A program made the position numbers and the translations under genes. The notes beneath the pieces were generated by a model. It ran no database searches. It was not told the origin of the DNA and saw only the letters and a program-made list of their open reading frames with translations. DNA of 64,000 nt from Synechococcales cyanobacterium VAR_4_metabat_354 (GTDB lineage: Bacteria; Cyanobacteriota; Cyanobacteriia; Cyanobacteriales; Chamaesiphonaceae): assembly GCA_031414775.1 (NCBI GenBank), contig JANOQI010000046.1, positions 116,116 to 180,115 of the forward strand. The letters are read 5' to 3'. This document shows positions 11,683 through 22,415 of the stretch, piece by piece. Within the stretch, counting starts at the first letter, position 1, and the number at the start of each line of letters is the position of its first letter.

Positions 11683-12984
11683 TTGGTTACTACAAATATG
11701 CTAAACACCACTAAGTCTGAGGAGATTTTTGCCTCCGCCCAAAAACTCATGCCCGGTGGAGTTAGCTCCCCAGTCCGTGCCTTCAAATCTGTGGGGGGAC
11801 AGCCGATCGTATTTGATCGGGTTAAAGATGCCTATGTTTGGGATGTAGATGGTAACCAATATATCGATTATGTTGGCAGTTGGGGACCAGCCATCTGTGG
11901 CCACGCTCACCCCGAAGTTATGGCCGCTCTCCATTCTGCCCTCGAAAAAGGCACCAGCTTTGGCGCTCCCTGCTACCTGGAAAACGTATTAGCCGAAATG
12001 GTCATTGACGCGGTGCCCAGCGTGGAAATGGTTCGATTCGTTAACTCTGGGACGGAAGCCTGTATGGCCGTCCTACGTCTGATGCGTGCTTTTACTGGTC
12101 GCGACAAAATTATTAAGTTTGAAGGCTGTTATCATGGACATGCTGATATGTTCTTGGTCAAAGCTGGTTCGGGCGTAGCCACCCTCGGTTTGCCCGATTC
12201 TCCTGGGGTGCCTAAATCAACTACTGCGGATACCCTCACCGCTCCGTATAACGACCTAGAAGCTGTAAAGGCTCTGTTTGCCGCTAATCCCGATGCCATT
12301 TCCGGGGTAATTTTAGAACCCGTCGTGGGTAATGCTGGTTTCATTACACCAGATGCCGGATTCCTAGAAGGATTACGTCTCCTTACCCAAGAAAACAATG
12401 CTCTGTTAGTCTTTGACGAAGTAATGACTGGCTTCCGGATTGCTTATGGTGGTGCTCAGGAAAAATTTGGGGTTACGCCGGATCTAACGACGCTAGGAAA
12501 AGTAATTGGCGGTGGCTTACCAGTAGGTGCATATGGTGGCCGCAAAGACATTATGTCGATGGTGGCTCCGGCTGGTCCAGTATATCAAGCTGGCACCTTG
12601 TCGGGTAATCCCTTGGCCATGACTGCAGGGATTAAGACTTTGGAGTTACTTCAAAAGCCTGGTGCTTATTCATATCTAGATCAAATCACCAAGAAACTGA
12701 GTGATGGCTTGTTACAAATAGCTCAAGAAGGCGGGCATGAGGTTTATGGTGGTCAGATTAGTGGCATGTTTGGTCTGTTTTTCTGCGCTGGCCCAGTGCA
12801 TAACTATGAAGATGCTAAAAAATCCGATTTAGCCAAGTTTGGGCGTTTCCATCGGGGTATGTTAGAGCAGGGTATTTACCTGGCTCCTTCTCAGTTTGAA
12901 GCTGGTTTTACTTCTTTGGCACATACTGAAGCTGATATTAATAAAACTCTGGCTGCTGCTCGGATTGTAATGGCTAGTTTTTAA
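11683..12984 (+). CDS. hemL: Glutamate-1-semialdehyde 2,1-aminomutase
   Basis: [49 protein letters not shown] upstream of TTG start. Confidence 0.98.
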   Translation: MVTTNMLNTTKSEEIFASAQKLMPGGVSSPVRAFKSVGGQPIVFDRVKDAYVWDVDGNQYIDYVGSWGPAICGHAHPEVMAALHSALEKGTSFGAPCYLENVLAEMVIDAVPSVEMVRFVNSGTEACMAVLRLMRAFTGRDKIIKFEGCYHGHADMFLVKAGSGVATLGLPDSPGVPKSTTADTLTAPYNDLEAVKALFAANPDAISGVILEPVVGNAGFITPDAGFLEGLRLLTQENNALLVFDEVMTGFRIAYGGAQEKFGVTPDLTTLGKVIGGGLPVGAYGGRKDIMSMVAPAGPVYQAGTLSGNPLAMTAGIKTLELLQKPGAYSYLDQITKKLSDGLLQIAQEGGHEVYGGQISGMFGLFFCAGPVHNYEDAKKSDLAKFGRFHRGMLEQGIYLAPSQFEAGFTSLAHTEADINKTLAAARIVMASF

Positions 12985-12986
12985 TC

Positions 12987-13028
12987 AATTAATTGCCCTT
13001 TCTCAAAATTAGGAGAGGGCAATTAATT
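12987..13028. terminator. Stem-loop terminator after hemL
   Basis: AATTAATTGCCCT...AGGGCAATTAATT inverted repeat right after the stop codon. Confidence 0.7.
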
Positions 13029-13045
13029 AGTAGGCTTCCAATCAT

Positions 13046-13065
13046 TAGACCTCCTACAAAAGTCT
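13046..13065 (+). mobile_element. Isolated IS terminal repeat (left end)
   Basis: TAGACCTCCTACAAAAGTCT, 17/20 to the inverted copy at 7081-7100. Confidence 0.45.
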
Positions 13066-13264
13066 AGGAATGTATTACCCGGAGTTACTAATCTGGACTC
13101 GTTACCATTGTCGGGGTCGCTCATCGATCGATAATAGATCCAGAAGTTCTCAGACTTCAACAACTACTTGCCCAGCATCCTCCGGATAAAAAGCCCCGAG
13201 GCACCTCCCGCTTACAAATGCAAATTGGTCTTTTTCGTTTAATGAACTGAATCGACTGCGTAAA

Positions 13265-13546
13265 ATGGAGCTGAATAATGAGTTCACGCTTCCTGTTATC
13301 CCATCTGACAAAAGCATTTGTGAGACTTGTATAATTGCTCAGAATTACATCCGGGAGTTAGAAGAAGCGGTGATTGTCGGTGGTTTTCTCACCGAAATTT
13401 ACTCGTTTGACCCTGATTTGGTTAATCAAGTGCCCACCTTTACCCCCGAAGAAAAAGCATTCGCCCGCAGTTGGTGTGTTTGTGGAAACAACTTAAGACG
13501 TTATCGTCGGGGAAGATGGTCAAGATGGCTATGCTACTATGTATAA
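13265..13546 (+). CDS. Hypothetical protein (Cys-containing, possibly a fragment)
   Basis: 93-aa ATG ORF in an otherwise empty interval beside an IS end; CETC and WCVCG; no family recognised. Confidence 0.35.
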   Translation: MELNNEFTLPVIPSDKSICETCIIAQNYIRELEEAVIVGGFLTEIYSFDPDLVNQVPTFTPEEKAFARSWCVCGNNLRRYRRGRWSRWLCYYV

Positions 13547-13609
13547 TGCTCCGACCATGTTATTAATAATAATTAACGGCTGGCTAGGAGAGGCATTCAT
13601 ACTAGAAAT

Positions 13610-14401
13610 ATGATCGATCATCCTTTGGATATGCTGCGCGAACAAGAAGACGAACTGGCATTGCTAGACATCGAAGATTTGGATTTAGAAGAGGATTTAA
13701 CTAGTCCTCTAGATGCTTTTGCCGATGAACCAATCGCGGCCAAGCCCGATCCAGATGAGATGCTGGCTTTATTGCAGTCCTCTGAGCCAGGGCAAAGAAT
13801 GCTAGCAGCGAGAGCTTTTTGCGAAATCCAAGATAGTCGATCGATCCCCTTCCTCATGAGTCTGATTACGGATCCTTGTCCGCTAATTCGGGTCTCGGTG
13901 GCCTATGCCCTGGGTCGGAACACCAGCCCAGAGGTGGTATTACCTTTGATTCAGCAGTTACAAGCCGACTGGAATGGCTATGCCCGTAAAGGCATTGTCT
14001 GGGCTTTGGGTAACTGTCACGATCTACAGACGATTGTGCCTCTCATCCATGCTTTGAAAACCGATATTCCCTCCGTTCGCCTGTGGGCAGCTAGCTCTCT
14101 GGCCCAAGCGGCAAGCCTGGGCTACGAAGTGGTCTTAACCGTGATTCCACCGCTAATCGAAGCGATGGTCAACGATCCAATTTCAGCGGTACGCAGTAAC
14201 TGTGCCTGGTCGATCGGCAGATTATGTCGCGAACTTCCATCTAATGTGGTCTACGCCACTGCTGTTGATGCCCTGATTGAAGTAGTGGCCGAAGATGCTG
14301 ATTTAGGAGTCCGCGCCGACGCCAAGTCGGCCTTACTAAAGCTGGGTGATCCGCGCGGAATGCAAATTATTGAAGCCCTCGAACAACTAGAGAGTCAGTA
14401 A
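13610..14401 (+). CDS. HEAT repeat (PBS lyase-like) protein
   Basis: Acidic N-terminus then repeats such as IRVSVAYALG, ARKGIVWALG, VRSNCAWSIG. Confidence 0.85.
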   Translation: MIDHPLDMLREQEDELALLDIEDLDLEEDLTSPLDAFADEPIAAKPDPDEMLALLQSSEPGQRMLAARAFCEIQDSRSIPFLMSLITDPCPLIRVSVAYALGRNTSPEVVLPLIQQLQADWNGYARKGIVWALGNCHDLQTIVPLIHALKTDIPSVRLWAASSLAQAASLGYEVVLTVIPPLIEAMVNDPISAVRSNCAWSIGRLCRELPSNVVYATAVDALIEVVAEDADLGVRADAKSALLKLGDPRGMQIIEALEQLESQ

Positions 14402-15049
14402 AGATTTGGCCTGTTCAGCCACTTTCTCTTCAGTATCTTGAGATAATTCAGTTAATAGCGCTTGGGCTTCGGCACCACCAATATTTCCCAGAGCCTGAGC
14501 CAAGCGATAGCGCACCTGCCAGTCGGGATCGGTCATGGCCGTTTTTAGTAAATCAATGCCCGCTGGTAATTTTAGTTCGCCAATCGCCCCGATTGCTGCT
14601 GTTTGCACTAATTCTACCGACGATTGCAGGGCAATAGCTAGCAATGGCAAAGCTCTGGGGTCTCCCAGTTCTCCCAATGCCGCAATAATGCTGAATTGCA
14701 ACAGCCATTCGGTGGTGCTGTGATAAACACTTTCTAAATCGGGAAAAGCTTCAGTTAGTTTTAAGGCTCCGATCGAATCCGCCGCTGCGGCCTTAACATC
14801 ATATTCCGGATCGTTGTGCAGCCGATCTTTGAGAACCTCCAAACTAGCTGCTAAATCTTGATCGCCCAGGGTATCTAGCTGGCTGACCGCCGCATAACGC
14901 ACCCGCGCACTGCTGTCATACAAGGGATTTTGGAGTAATGGATAGCCAATAGCTGGAGCGAGCTGCCGGATTTCGTTGACCCCCCGCAATCGATCGCCTA
15001 GGTCAGCGGAAGCGAGAAGAGTTTGCACTGATTCTGGAGTAATGCTCAT
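14387..15049 (-). CDS. nblB: NblB-like HEAT repeat protein (phycobilisome degradation)
   Basis: MSITPESVQTLL..DLGDRLRGVN, RVRYAAVSQL, WLLQFSIIAALGELGD, DWQVRYRLAQAL. Confidence 0.8.
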   Translation of the reverse strand: MSITPESVQTLLASADLGDRLRGVNEIRQLAPAIGYPLLQNPLYDSSARVRYAAVSQLDTLGDQDLAASLEVLKDRLHNDPEYDVKAAAADSIGALKLTEAFPDLESVYHSTTEWLLQFSIIAALGELGDPRALPLLAIALQSSVELVQTAAIGAIGELKLPAGIDLLKTAMTDPDWQVRYRLAQALGNIGGAEAQALLTELSQDTEEKVAEQAKSLLTL

Positions 15050-15117
15050 GAGATCGATTAAGGAACGGTGATTCTTTCATGAAACCACATTTCTACCACT
15101 CAGTAACTGCTGATAGC

Positions 15118-16887
15118 TTACTGTGTACTTTGCAACCACTCATTAATGCCCTGGGCGATCGATCGCGCTAACTTTTTTTGCTCTGAAGCATTAGTGACCC
15201 ATTCAAATTCATTGGGATTAGTCATAAAACCCAATTCTAGCAACACCGCTGGGGCTGCCGTCGGACGAGTCAACGCTAAATTATTCCAAAATACCCCATA
15301 GGAAGGTCTGCTGAGCTGCTTAACTACGTGTTTTTGCATAAACACCGCGAGGCTATGGGCTTGGGTGTTATACCAAAAAGTGCCGACCCCTTTAGTTTTT
15401 TCTAAATCACCATTATCTGGCAGCGAATTATAGTGAATGGACACGGACAATACTGGTTCTTCTCGATCTATCTTAGCCATTCGCTCCACCAAAGATACAT
15501 CGCGATCATCTTCCCTGGTCATCACTACCGTCGCGCCGAGCTTGATTAATTCAGCTTGTACTAATTTTGAGACAGCCAAATTCACATCTTTTTCGAGATA
15601 GCCGTTTGGTCCTGGTGCTCCCGATTCTTTACCACCATGTCCGGCATCTACCAGTATTTTAATCCCAGTTAAGGGCTGGGGAATTTTTCCAGCTAGTACT
15701 GGCGGATGCCGTAAAGATAAAATTAGACTGGTACCTTCGTACCTTAATTTATAACCCCACTGCTGACTTTTTTTGAGGTTAAAAGTATATTGAGCTTTAC
15801 CGGGAGCCACCTGTTGCCAATCCAATCGAGAAATTAGGGGATTATCATCCAGGCGAATTACATCCGTTTGAGCAGTGGTGTTGTGGAGTGTCAGACTAAA
15901 AGAGTTACTGCTTTGCTGTACGGTCACTGGGACTGCCGTCGATAATGGAAAAGTCATTTCGGTACGATCGGCGAGTTTGCGATAACCAACACTGCGAATG
16001 ATCGCACGAGGAGGCACCGTACCAGGGGGCAGTATTTGAGTTTCTTTGCTATTGATCCAGCCACCATAGTCTAACTGCAACCATTCCCCGGCACGGCCAG
16101 TAATAGCGGCTCTAGTCGATTTGGGTAAAGGGGTGAGCCGGGAATAATCGGTGCTTGCTCCTGTTCGTGCCACCCCCGCATCGGTAGTTACTTCGGCAAC
16201 TTGCAATTGGGTTGGTGAGAGAATTGTAATTTTTCCAGCACCAGGTTGCGTAGCGGTTTTACCGTTTTGGGTTAATTGAAATTCGGGCTTACCCAAATCC
16301 AAATCTTTGTCTACGGTGGCGATCGATGTACAACCTGCATACTGGCTAATGCCGGTCTGAGAGATCGGCTGATTCTTACCAGTCAAGACGGCATTACTCG
16401 CTGGTAATTGCGCCTGGGGTGGTTGCGCCATGAGGGGAATGTTGAAATTGCCCAACTTGACAGACACCGTGGAATTGGGAGCAGCAACAGCACTAAAGCA
16501 AACTGGTTCTCCAGCTAGTTTAGCCACATCCACTGCTGGGGTGAGCGAATCTGGGGCAAAGGCTAGCCCTGGGGGCAACAAGGGCTGATTAGCAGTCCGG
16601 ATCACCTTTAGTTGAATATCTTGATTCTGATAACGGATATTGAATAAATTCTCTCCCAATTGGAGCGGAAAACTAGGGGCAAAATGACCAGATTTACTGC
16701 GATCGATCACTTTCCCGTTAAATGACACTTGTCCGGCTGGGGGCGCGGTGCCAATGAAAAATATTTTGTCAGAGACTGTTTGATGATTGGGGGGCGGATA
16801 GGCAATCTTCAAAGACTGTTCTTGGGCTACCACGATCGCCGGTACTAGTGAAGAACCTAGTATTAATAAGCCTAACAATTGTCTCAT
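15118..16887 (-). CDS. N-acetylmuramoyl-L-alanine amidase (Amidase_3) with signal peptide
   Basis: ILVDAGHGG, EKDVNL, SIHYN, LLELGFMTN; N-terminal signal peptide. Confidence 0.92.
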   Translation of the reverse strand: MRQLLGLLILGSSLVPAIVVAQEQSLKIAYPPPNHQTVSDKIFFIGTAPPAGQVSFNGKVIDRSKSGHFAPSFPLQLGENLFNIRYQNQDIQLKVIRTANQPLLPPGLAFAPDSLTPAVDVAKLAGEPVCFSAVAAPNSTVSVKLGNFNIPLMAQPPQAQLPASNAVLTGKNQPISQTGISQYAGCTSIATVDKDLDLGKPEFQLTQNGKTATQPGAGKITILSPTQLQVAEVTTDAGVARTGASTDYSRLTPLPKSTRAAITGRAGEWLQLDYGGWINSKETQILPPGTVPPRAIIRSVGYRKLADRTEMTFPLSTAVPVTVQQSSNSFSLTLHNTTAQTDVIRLDDNPLISRLDWQQVAPGKAQYTFNLKKSQQWGYKLRYEGTSLILSLRHPPVLAGKIPQPLTGIKILVDAGHGGKESGAPGPNGYLEKDVNLAVSKLVQAELIKLGATVVMTREDDRDVSLVERMAKIDREEPVLSVSIHYNSLPDNGDLEKTKGVGTFWYNTQAHSLAVFMQKHVVKQLSRPSYGVFWNNLALTRPTAAPAVLLELGFMTNPNEFEWVTNASEQKKLARSIAQGINEWLQSTQ

Positions 16888-16997
16888 GCAAACAGACCAA
16901 TCAAAGATGCGAAGGGAAGACGTGAAGCACTGGCAAGGAGTTTAACATTGATTTGTAGTTTGTCAGAAATTGTGGCCGCTGGTCTCCACCAAAATCA

Positions 16998-18284
16998 TCA
17001 CTGAGTAGTAGCCAAACGGATGCCACTGAATTGCCAGCGGGTGGCTGGTGGAAAAAAGTTCCGATAACTAGCCCGAATATGACTGTGTGCTGTGAGGCAA
17101 GAACCACCCCGCAAGACCATTTGGTTACACATAAACTTGCCATTATATTCGCCCACCGCTCCGGCAGCAGACTGAAAACCGGGATAGGGTAAGTAAGCAC
17201 TTTGAGTCCATTCCCAAACATCCCCAAACATTTGTTGCATTTGACTAGTGGCCGTTGGGGGCTGGGGATGAAGTAGGCCATTTTCTAGCAAATTGCCTTG
17301 CCGCAGGAGCTGGTTGGCGGCCACTTCCCATTCTGCTTCCGTTGGCAGTCGTTTTTGTGCCCATCGCGCATAGGCATCAGCTTCATAGAAACTAACATGA
17401 CAAACTGGCTCATTTTCGTTCAAGATCTGTAATCCAGATAATGTCATCACCCACCACTGATCATCTATTTTCTCCCAATATAAAGGAGCTGGCCATTGCT
17501 CAGTTTGCACGGTAGCCCAGCCTGCTGAGAGCCAGTATTCTGGGTTCTGGTAGCCCCCCGCTGTGATGAATTCTAAGTATTCGCCATTAGTGACTAACCG
17601 ATTGGCGATCGCATAGTCCTGAAGATAAATGGGATGACTGGGGGACTCATTATCAAAGGCAAATCCCAGATCGTGCTCGGGATGGCCGATGGTATACAAA
17701 CCGCCAGCATATGCCGACCAGGTAGTGGCCGTAATCTGATCAGTGGTTGTGGTAACTATCGGCGGCAAATCAGCACAATAGATGGGGTGGAGCGGATTGC
17801 TACCAAGGATGTGTTTAATGTCTGTTAATAACAACTCCTGATGTTGCTGTTCGTGATGTAATCCTAGCTTTACTAAGGATGCTACAGCTGGATCGATCGA
17901 TAGTTGGGAGAGGAGGGTGTTCATGGCTCGATCAATCGCTGCTCGATAGCGATAGATTTCAGCAACGGTAGGGCGAGATAGCAAGCCACGTTGAATGCGT
18001 GGATGACGTTGCCCGACGGCTTCGTAGTAAGAATTGAATAGATACCCAAACTGAGGATGAAAGACTTCGTAATCTGGCAGGTTAGGTAAGAGAATAAAAG
18101 TCTCAAAAAACCAGGTGGTGTGAGCCAGATGCCACTTGGGAGGGCTGACATCTGGCATACTCTGCACCCCATAATCTTCGATCGCGAGGGGCTGACAAAG
18201 TTTTTCACTGACTTGGCGAATATTTTGATAATGCTCGGCTAATGATTGATAACTAGTTTGTGGAATAGCTAGGAAAATGGTCAT
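16998..18284 (-). CDS. egtB: Ergothioneine biosynthesis sulfoxide synthase
   Basis: SPPKWHLAHTTWFFE, HEQQHQE iron motif, FGE-sulfatase domain (RLPTEAEWE, GEYNGKFM, RNFF). Confidence 0.93.
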   Translation of the reverse strand: MTIFLAIPQTSYQSLAEHYQNIRQVSEKLCQPLAIEDYGVQSMPDVSPPKWHLAHTTWFFETFILLPNLPDYEVFHPQFGYLFNSYYEAVGQRHPRIQRGLLSRPTVAEIYRYRAAIDRAMNTLLSQLSIDPAVASLVKLGLHHEQQHQELLLTDIKHILGSNPLHPIYCADLPPIVTTTTDQITATTWSAYAGGLYTIGHPEHDLGFAFDNESPSHPIYLQDYAIANRLVTNGEYLEFITAGGYQNPEYWLSAGWATVQTEQWPAPLYWEKIDDQWWVMTLSGLQILNENEPVCHVSFYEADAYARWAQKRLPTEAEWEVAANQLLRQGNLLENGLLHPQPPTATSQMQQMFGDVWEWTQSAYLPYPGFQSAAGAVGEYNGKFMCNQMVLRGGSCLTAHSHIRASYRNFFPPATRWQFSGIRLATTQ

Positions 18285-18349
18285 GACTGTATTTATTTTA
18301 TCTAATACCTTAATACAGGGCTATCCAGCTTTTCAACAGCTGAGCTTAA

Positions 18350-18907
18350 TTATTCGATAGTGATATTACGGCATTCATTCAGGAGCAGATTCAGTTTTTC
18401 CATTATCTGCCAGGGGTTGCGACCTTTAAAGATTGCTGCCATAACGGCTTCATGAGGATTTCGGCCAGTTTGGCGGACAGTGGCGATCGCTACTTTGTTG
18501 GATAGTCCATATTTTGCTACTAGCCAGACGGCCAAAACGTGGCCGGTGCGCCCCACGCCGCCGGAGCAATGGACGACAACTTTTTGCTGCCGTTGGTCAG
18601 CAATGGATAAAAATGGCAAAATTTGGTGAAAAAGTGCCGTGCGATCGACTAAGCCAAAATCCTCGATCGGACTCCAACAGACGGTATCAAGTCCGAAGTG
18701 CTCTTGGTAAATACCTAACAAATCTGGATAGCGGGTGAGCTGATTTTTTGATAGCAAACAGCATACTCGCTGAATGCTTTGCTGGTGCATGAACTCGATC
18801 CATTCTTTAATCTGTCGATCAGTGTATCCTGGGCGAGCTGAGCCAAACACGATCAGTTCATCTTCTGAGGCTGCCGCAAATTTGTACATGCTGTTCTGAG
18901 TTGGCAC
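18350..18907 (-). CDS. Dual-specificity / Cys-based protein phosphatase
   Basis: PIEDF acid loop and HCSGGVGRTG (CX5R). Confidence 0.9.
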   Translation of the reverse strand: MPTQNSMYKFAAASEDELIVFGSARPGYTDRQIKEWIEFMHQQSIQRVCCLLSKNQLTRYPDLLGIYQEHFGLDTVCWSPIEDFGLVDRTALFHQILPFLSIADQRQQKVVVHCSGGVGRTGHVLAVWLVAKYGLSNKVAIATVRQTGRNPHEAVMAAIFKGRNPWQIMEKLNLLLNECRNITIE

Positions 18908-19043
18908 AAGACTTGTTTTAGCTGTAGCAGCAGTCTCTACAAACTAACACTAGCATCAATGTTCATTCCCCAAAATGATTTAATTGGGAACATCTACCTA
19001 GCTTAGTAGTTCCTATGGACTATGTAGCTCTTTTTAATCAACC

Positions 19044-19499
19044 ATGCGCAAATCACTTCTGGTTTTAAACTTTTTCTTAGTAATCAGTACCGCCATTTCT
19101 GCTATCACGGCTGCCGTCAGCAGCGCCCAGATCGCTACACCGGGAGCCTCTGGCTCTCCAGGTTTCCCTGGTACCCCCAGCATGACGAATCCCCGCACCC
19201 CGGCCTCGCAGCCACTGGCTTCTGTACTGGCTGCTTTCAACTGTCAAACCCGAGGCGTAGCTACTAAAGTTGTGCTCAAGTCTGATCGCACTTATAAAAG
19301 CGGTGATAAGCCTTTTCCACCAGTTAGTGGTTTTTATCAGAAAGTAGGTGATGCTTACCGTTTCAAAGATGGGACTTTAAAGAATCAGTCGATCGTGCAA
19401 CTCCGGAACAGCTATTATTTAGTGGCAACTGCCAAAGAAGCCCGAGCGGCTTCGATCGCTGCCACTGACGCGGCCCTGGTCTGCACCAAAAAAAGATAG
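19044..19499 (+). CDS. Hypothetical exported protein
   Basis: Signal peptide, Pro/Gly linker, small domain with two Cys. Confidence 0.7.
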   Translation: MRKSLLVLNFFLVISTAISAITAAVSSAQIATPGASGSPGFPGTPSMTNPRTPASQPLASVLAAFNCQTRGVATKVVLKSDRTYKSGDKPFPPVSGFYQKVGDAYRFKDGTLKNQSIVQLRNSYYLVATAKEARAASIAATDAALVCTKKR

Positions 19500-19524
19500 A
19501 CCAAAGATGAATATGTCCGCATAA

Positions 19525-20772
19525 ATGATCATGAATAACCAACAGCTATACTGGCGATCGAATGCTCTCCTTGTTTATCAAACATTATTAGATGACGAGC
19601 CAGGTCGTTTGTGGCGGGAGCTGTTGGTCGCTGACAAGGATAATGTGCTTGTTGCTTATGGTCAGTGGTTTCGCTGCTTAGCTGATCGGCAGCTGGGTTG
19701 GCAAGATTATTTACTCCAGCAACTTCTTACTACTGATAATCCTTTCACCAGACAAGTGCAGCAAACAGCATGGGTGGAGCTGTCAGTGGAACTGCGGCAA
19801 GCGGTGCATCACGACTTACTAATTCTGAGAGAAATTTATCACTATAACTGTAACCAAATCGTCCAATGGGTGACAGCTACTACTGGTTCAGAAACTGTGG
19901 CTTGGGCCGATCACTTACTATCTAAAGATCCTAGTGATTTAGCAATAACCCTCGACCAAAGTCCTGATTGGGTAGCAGTGTTGCCGAACTTGATTAAGCA
20001 CTATCGTCAGTTTGGGACTGGTCACTTCGCCCAATTTTTGGCCTTTCGATCGCAGCAAGGAAAACTACAAGGCATTGCCGATCCTGATTCTATTAAACTC
20101 CAGCAACTAGTCGGTTATAGTTGGCAACAAGCTGCACTCATCCAAAACACTAAGGCATTGTCGGCTGGTTATCCGGCCTTAAATGTATTGCTCTATGGTA
20201 GTCGAGGTTCGGGTAAGTCTTCACTTGTAAAAGCTCTAGTACACGAGTTTGAGAATCTGCGGCTGATTGAAGTGCCCAAAAACGAACTGATTAATCTGCC
20301 TCAAATTTTAGAGCAATTGCGGCAGTTACCGCAGAAGTTTATTATTTTTGTGGATGATTTATCTTTTGAGGCCGATGAAGATAATTTCAAGACTCTAAAA
20401 GTAGTGTTAGAAGGTGGTCTGGTAGCTCGACCTGAAAATATTGTGGTTTACGCCACTTCCAATCGTCGCCACTTGATTCGAGAGTTTTTTGCCGATCGAC
20501 CGCGCCCTCAAGATAGCGACGAAATTCACAACTGGGATACAGTTCAAGAACAATTATCCTTTAGCGATCGGTTTGGCCTCACTCTGACCTTTGAACCGGC
20601 CAATCAAGAAACTTACTTACAAATTGTTCATCATCTAGCTGCCGGGATAAAAATTACACCTGAAGATTTGACTTTTCGGGCTTTGCAATGGGCAACGCAA
20701 CAAAACGGTCGATCGGGTAGAACCGCCCGGCAGTTTGTGGACTTTCTGCGATCGGAGTTGGCTGACATTTAG
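19525..20772 (+). CDS. AAA+ ATPase (DUF815 family)
   Basis: LLYGSRGSGKSS, FIIFVDDLSFE, YATSNRRHL, SDRFGL, GRSGRTARQF. Confidence 0.9.
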   Translation: MIMNNQQLYWRSNALLVYQTLLDDEPGRLWRELLVADKDNVLVAYGQWFRCLADRQLGWQDYLLQQLLTTDNPFTRQVQQTAWVELSVELRQAVHHDLLILREIYHYNCNQIVQWVTATTGSETVAWADHLLSKDPSDLAITLDQSPDWVAVLPNLIKHYRQFGTGHFAQFLAFRSQQGKLQGIADPDSIKLQQLVGYSWQQAALIQNTKALSAGYPALNVLLYGSRGSGKSSLVKALVHEFENLRLIEVPKNELINLPQILEQLRQLPQKFIIFVDDLSFEADEDNFKTLKVVLEGGLVARPENIVVYATSNRRHLIREFFADRPRPQDSDEIHNWDTVQEQLSFSDRFGLTLTFEPANQETYLQIVHHLAAGIKITPEDLTFRALQWATQQNGRSGRTARQFVDFLRSELADI

Positions 20773-20849
20773 GTTGGTACCTGCTGCCAATAAAAAAGAC
20801 TTAGTTGTTCACTATAGTCTTTGTTTTTTCAGATAAGTTATTTTATTAG

Positions 20850-21992
20850 CTAAAATCTAGCTGGAATTGCATGCATTACAGCTACCAGACTTTCCTGCTG
20901 ATACTCAAAACTCAAAAACTGCTCACGAGTTGACCGAATATCAATAAAATCGGCAGATTGAGGTAAATAGTTAGCAAAATTGTCTTGAAGCTGAAAATTA
21001 GCTTTATGTAGTCGATCGATCCATGTTGTCGCTAGTTCATGCCGCTCACTGCGTAGTTCCTCTGGATTGCCAATAATGTCTTTAATTTCTCTCCCAAAGA
21101 AAAGCTTCAAGGCTCTTTTTTCGTCTCCAGAAATTGCTAATTCATTAATTAACTTAAATACTAAATTGAAATGGTATAAACAGTTTTCAAACCGCTGAAT
21201 AAAGCTTGTCTCCAGGTGATTGCTATTGGGTTCACTGAGGAAAACAGCAAGAGGGTGAAGATCATGAAGAAAATGGAAGATATCTTCCCGGATATTAGGG
21301 TGCTGCTCATTGTTCTTGATATGGTGTAGAGCAAATGATGCATTAATTACCACGTTTTGATGCTGATACTGTTTTGCCAAGTTTGCCCAGGTTTTAGCAG
21401 AGATATTTTCAACACAATTATTAATTTGATGAAAGTTTAGAGATATTGCTGTTTCTATGCCCTGTAACTTTTTCTGAGCAGCTACTAAACTTTTGGCAGA
21501 AGGCTCAATTCCAATAATTGTAATTTCTTTTAATGTTGATGACTTTTCAGCAAGCTGTTGAATTATTTTGCTGCATTGATGAGCTGTCCCGATTCCGATA
21601 TCGAGTAGTACAACATGTTTATGAGCTAAGCACATATTAACAATCATATCGTTAACAATCTGCTGGGCAAAGGCAACGTGGGGTAATTCTTCTATTAATA
21701 ATTTAAAAAGATCAATTTGGGCAATACTACTATTTGCCAAATAAAGATTATTATCAGCTTTCTCTGAGGAGTAACAACCCAATTTCCATCGTAAAGCTTT
21801 GCTAGCAGAGTATTGGAGTGTATGAGGATTATGGCATAAACTATCATGAACCTGCTCTAGCTTAAGCATTGTTTTTGATGTCACGCTTTGATTAGCGATA
21901 TCTTGAATTATTTCTTGAAATGGATGGTCAGTTTTTGACTGAAAGTTTGATGAGATGACTTCTTTAATCGGAGAAAATTTTATTGGAGACAT
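20850..21992 (-). CDS. Bacterial GRAS-domain protein (methyltransferase-like fold)
   Basis: Collinear GRAS motifs: PHVAFAQQIVNDMI, HVVLLDIGIG (VHIID), ITIIGIE, VVINASFALHH, SEPNSNH..SFIQRFENCLYHF (PFYRE), FGREIKDII..RSERHE...W..RL. Confidence 0.85.
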   Translation of the reverse strand: MSPIKFSPIKEVISSNFQSKTDHPFQEIIQDIANQSVTSKTMLKLEQVHDSLCHNPHTLQYSASKALRWKLGCYSSEKADNNLYLANSSIAQIDLFKLLIEELPHVAFAQQIVNDMIVNMCLAHKHVVLLDIGIGTAHQCSKIIQQLAEKSSTLKEITIIGIEPSAKSLVAAQKKLQGIETAISLNFHQINNCVENISAKTWANLAKQYQHQNVVINASFALHHIKNNEQHPNIREDIFHFLHDLHPLAVFLSEPNSNHLETSFIQRFENCLYHFNLVFKLINELAISGDEKRALKLFFGREIKDIIGNPEELRSERHELATTWIDRLHKANFQLQDNFANYLPQSADFIDIRSTREQFLSFEYQQESLVAVMHAIPARF

Positions 21993-22415
21993 ATTTTTTT
22001 GGTTGGATGCCAGATTTTTGTATGTATATTCAGCTCAATTTGAAGTACGATACTACTTTCTTCTCATGATGAAATACTGGATTGATTTCTTGCTAGATAA
22101 GCATCTCAACCATTATTCGCTATTGATTTTAAATCTGAAAGAGGGTAGTAAAATATTCTCTACAGCTGAAAATATTTTTCATTCTATACTAAATTTAATA
22201 TTTCATATATGTTCTAAATAATTACAATTTTAATTGTTGCAAATGTACTATTTCAGCTTTTATGATATGAAGCCTTTTTATTATCAGAGTCTTGTAAGGA
22301 GGAAGGCTTGAACTTACTAAGAGTCATTTGTAATCTTTATGTATCTGAAAATACCAATTAAGGTAAGTTTATTTTTCAGGGTATCAAATGATACCAATAA
22401 TAAATTAGCGTAGAA

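Noticed and set aside
7081..13065. Two similar IS ends as a composite transposon carrying nadK-hemL
   Set aside because: By comparison with the IS ends they resemble, they face outward and do not enclose the interval, which holds core genes
21955..22221. 88-aa ORF between GRAS and kinase
   Set aside because: AT-rich low-information translation overlapping the GRAS start on the opposite strand
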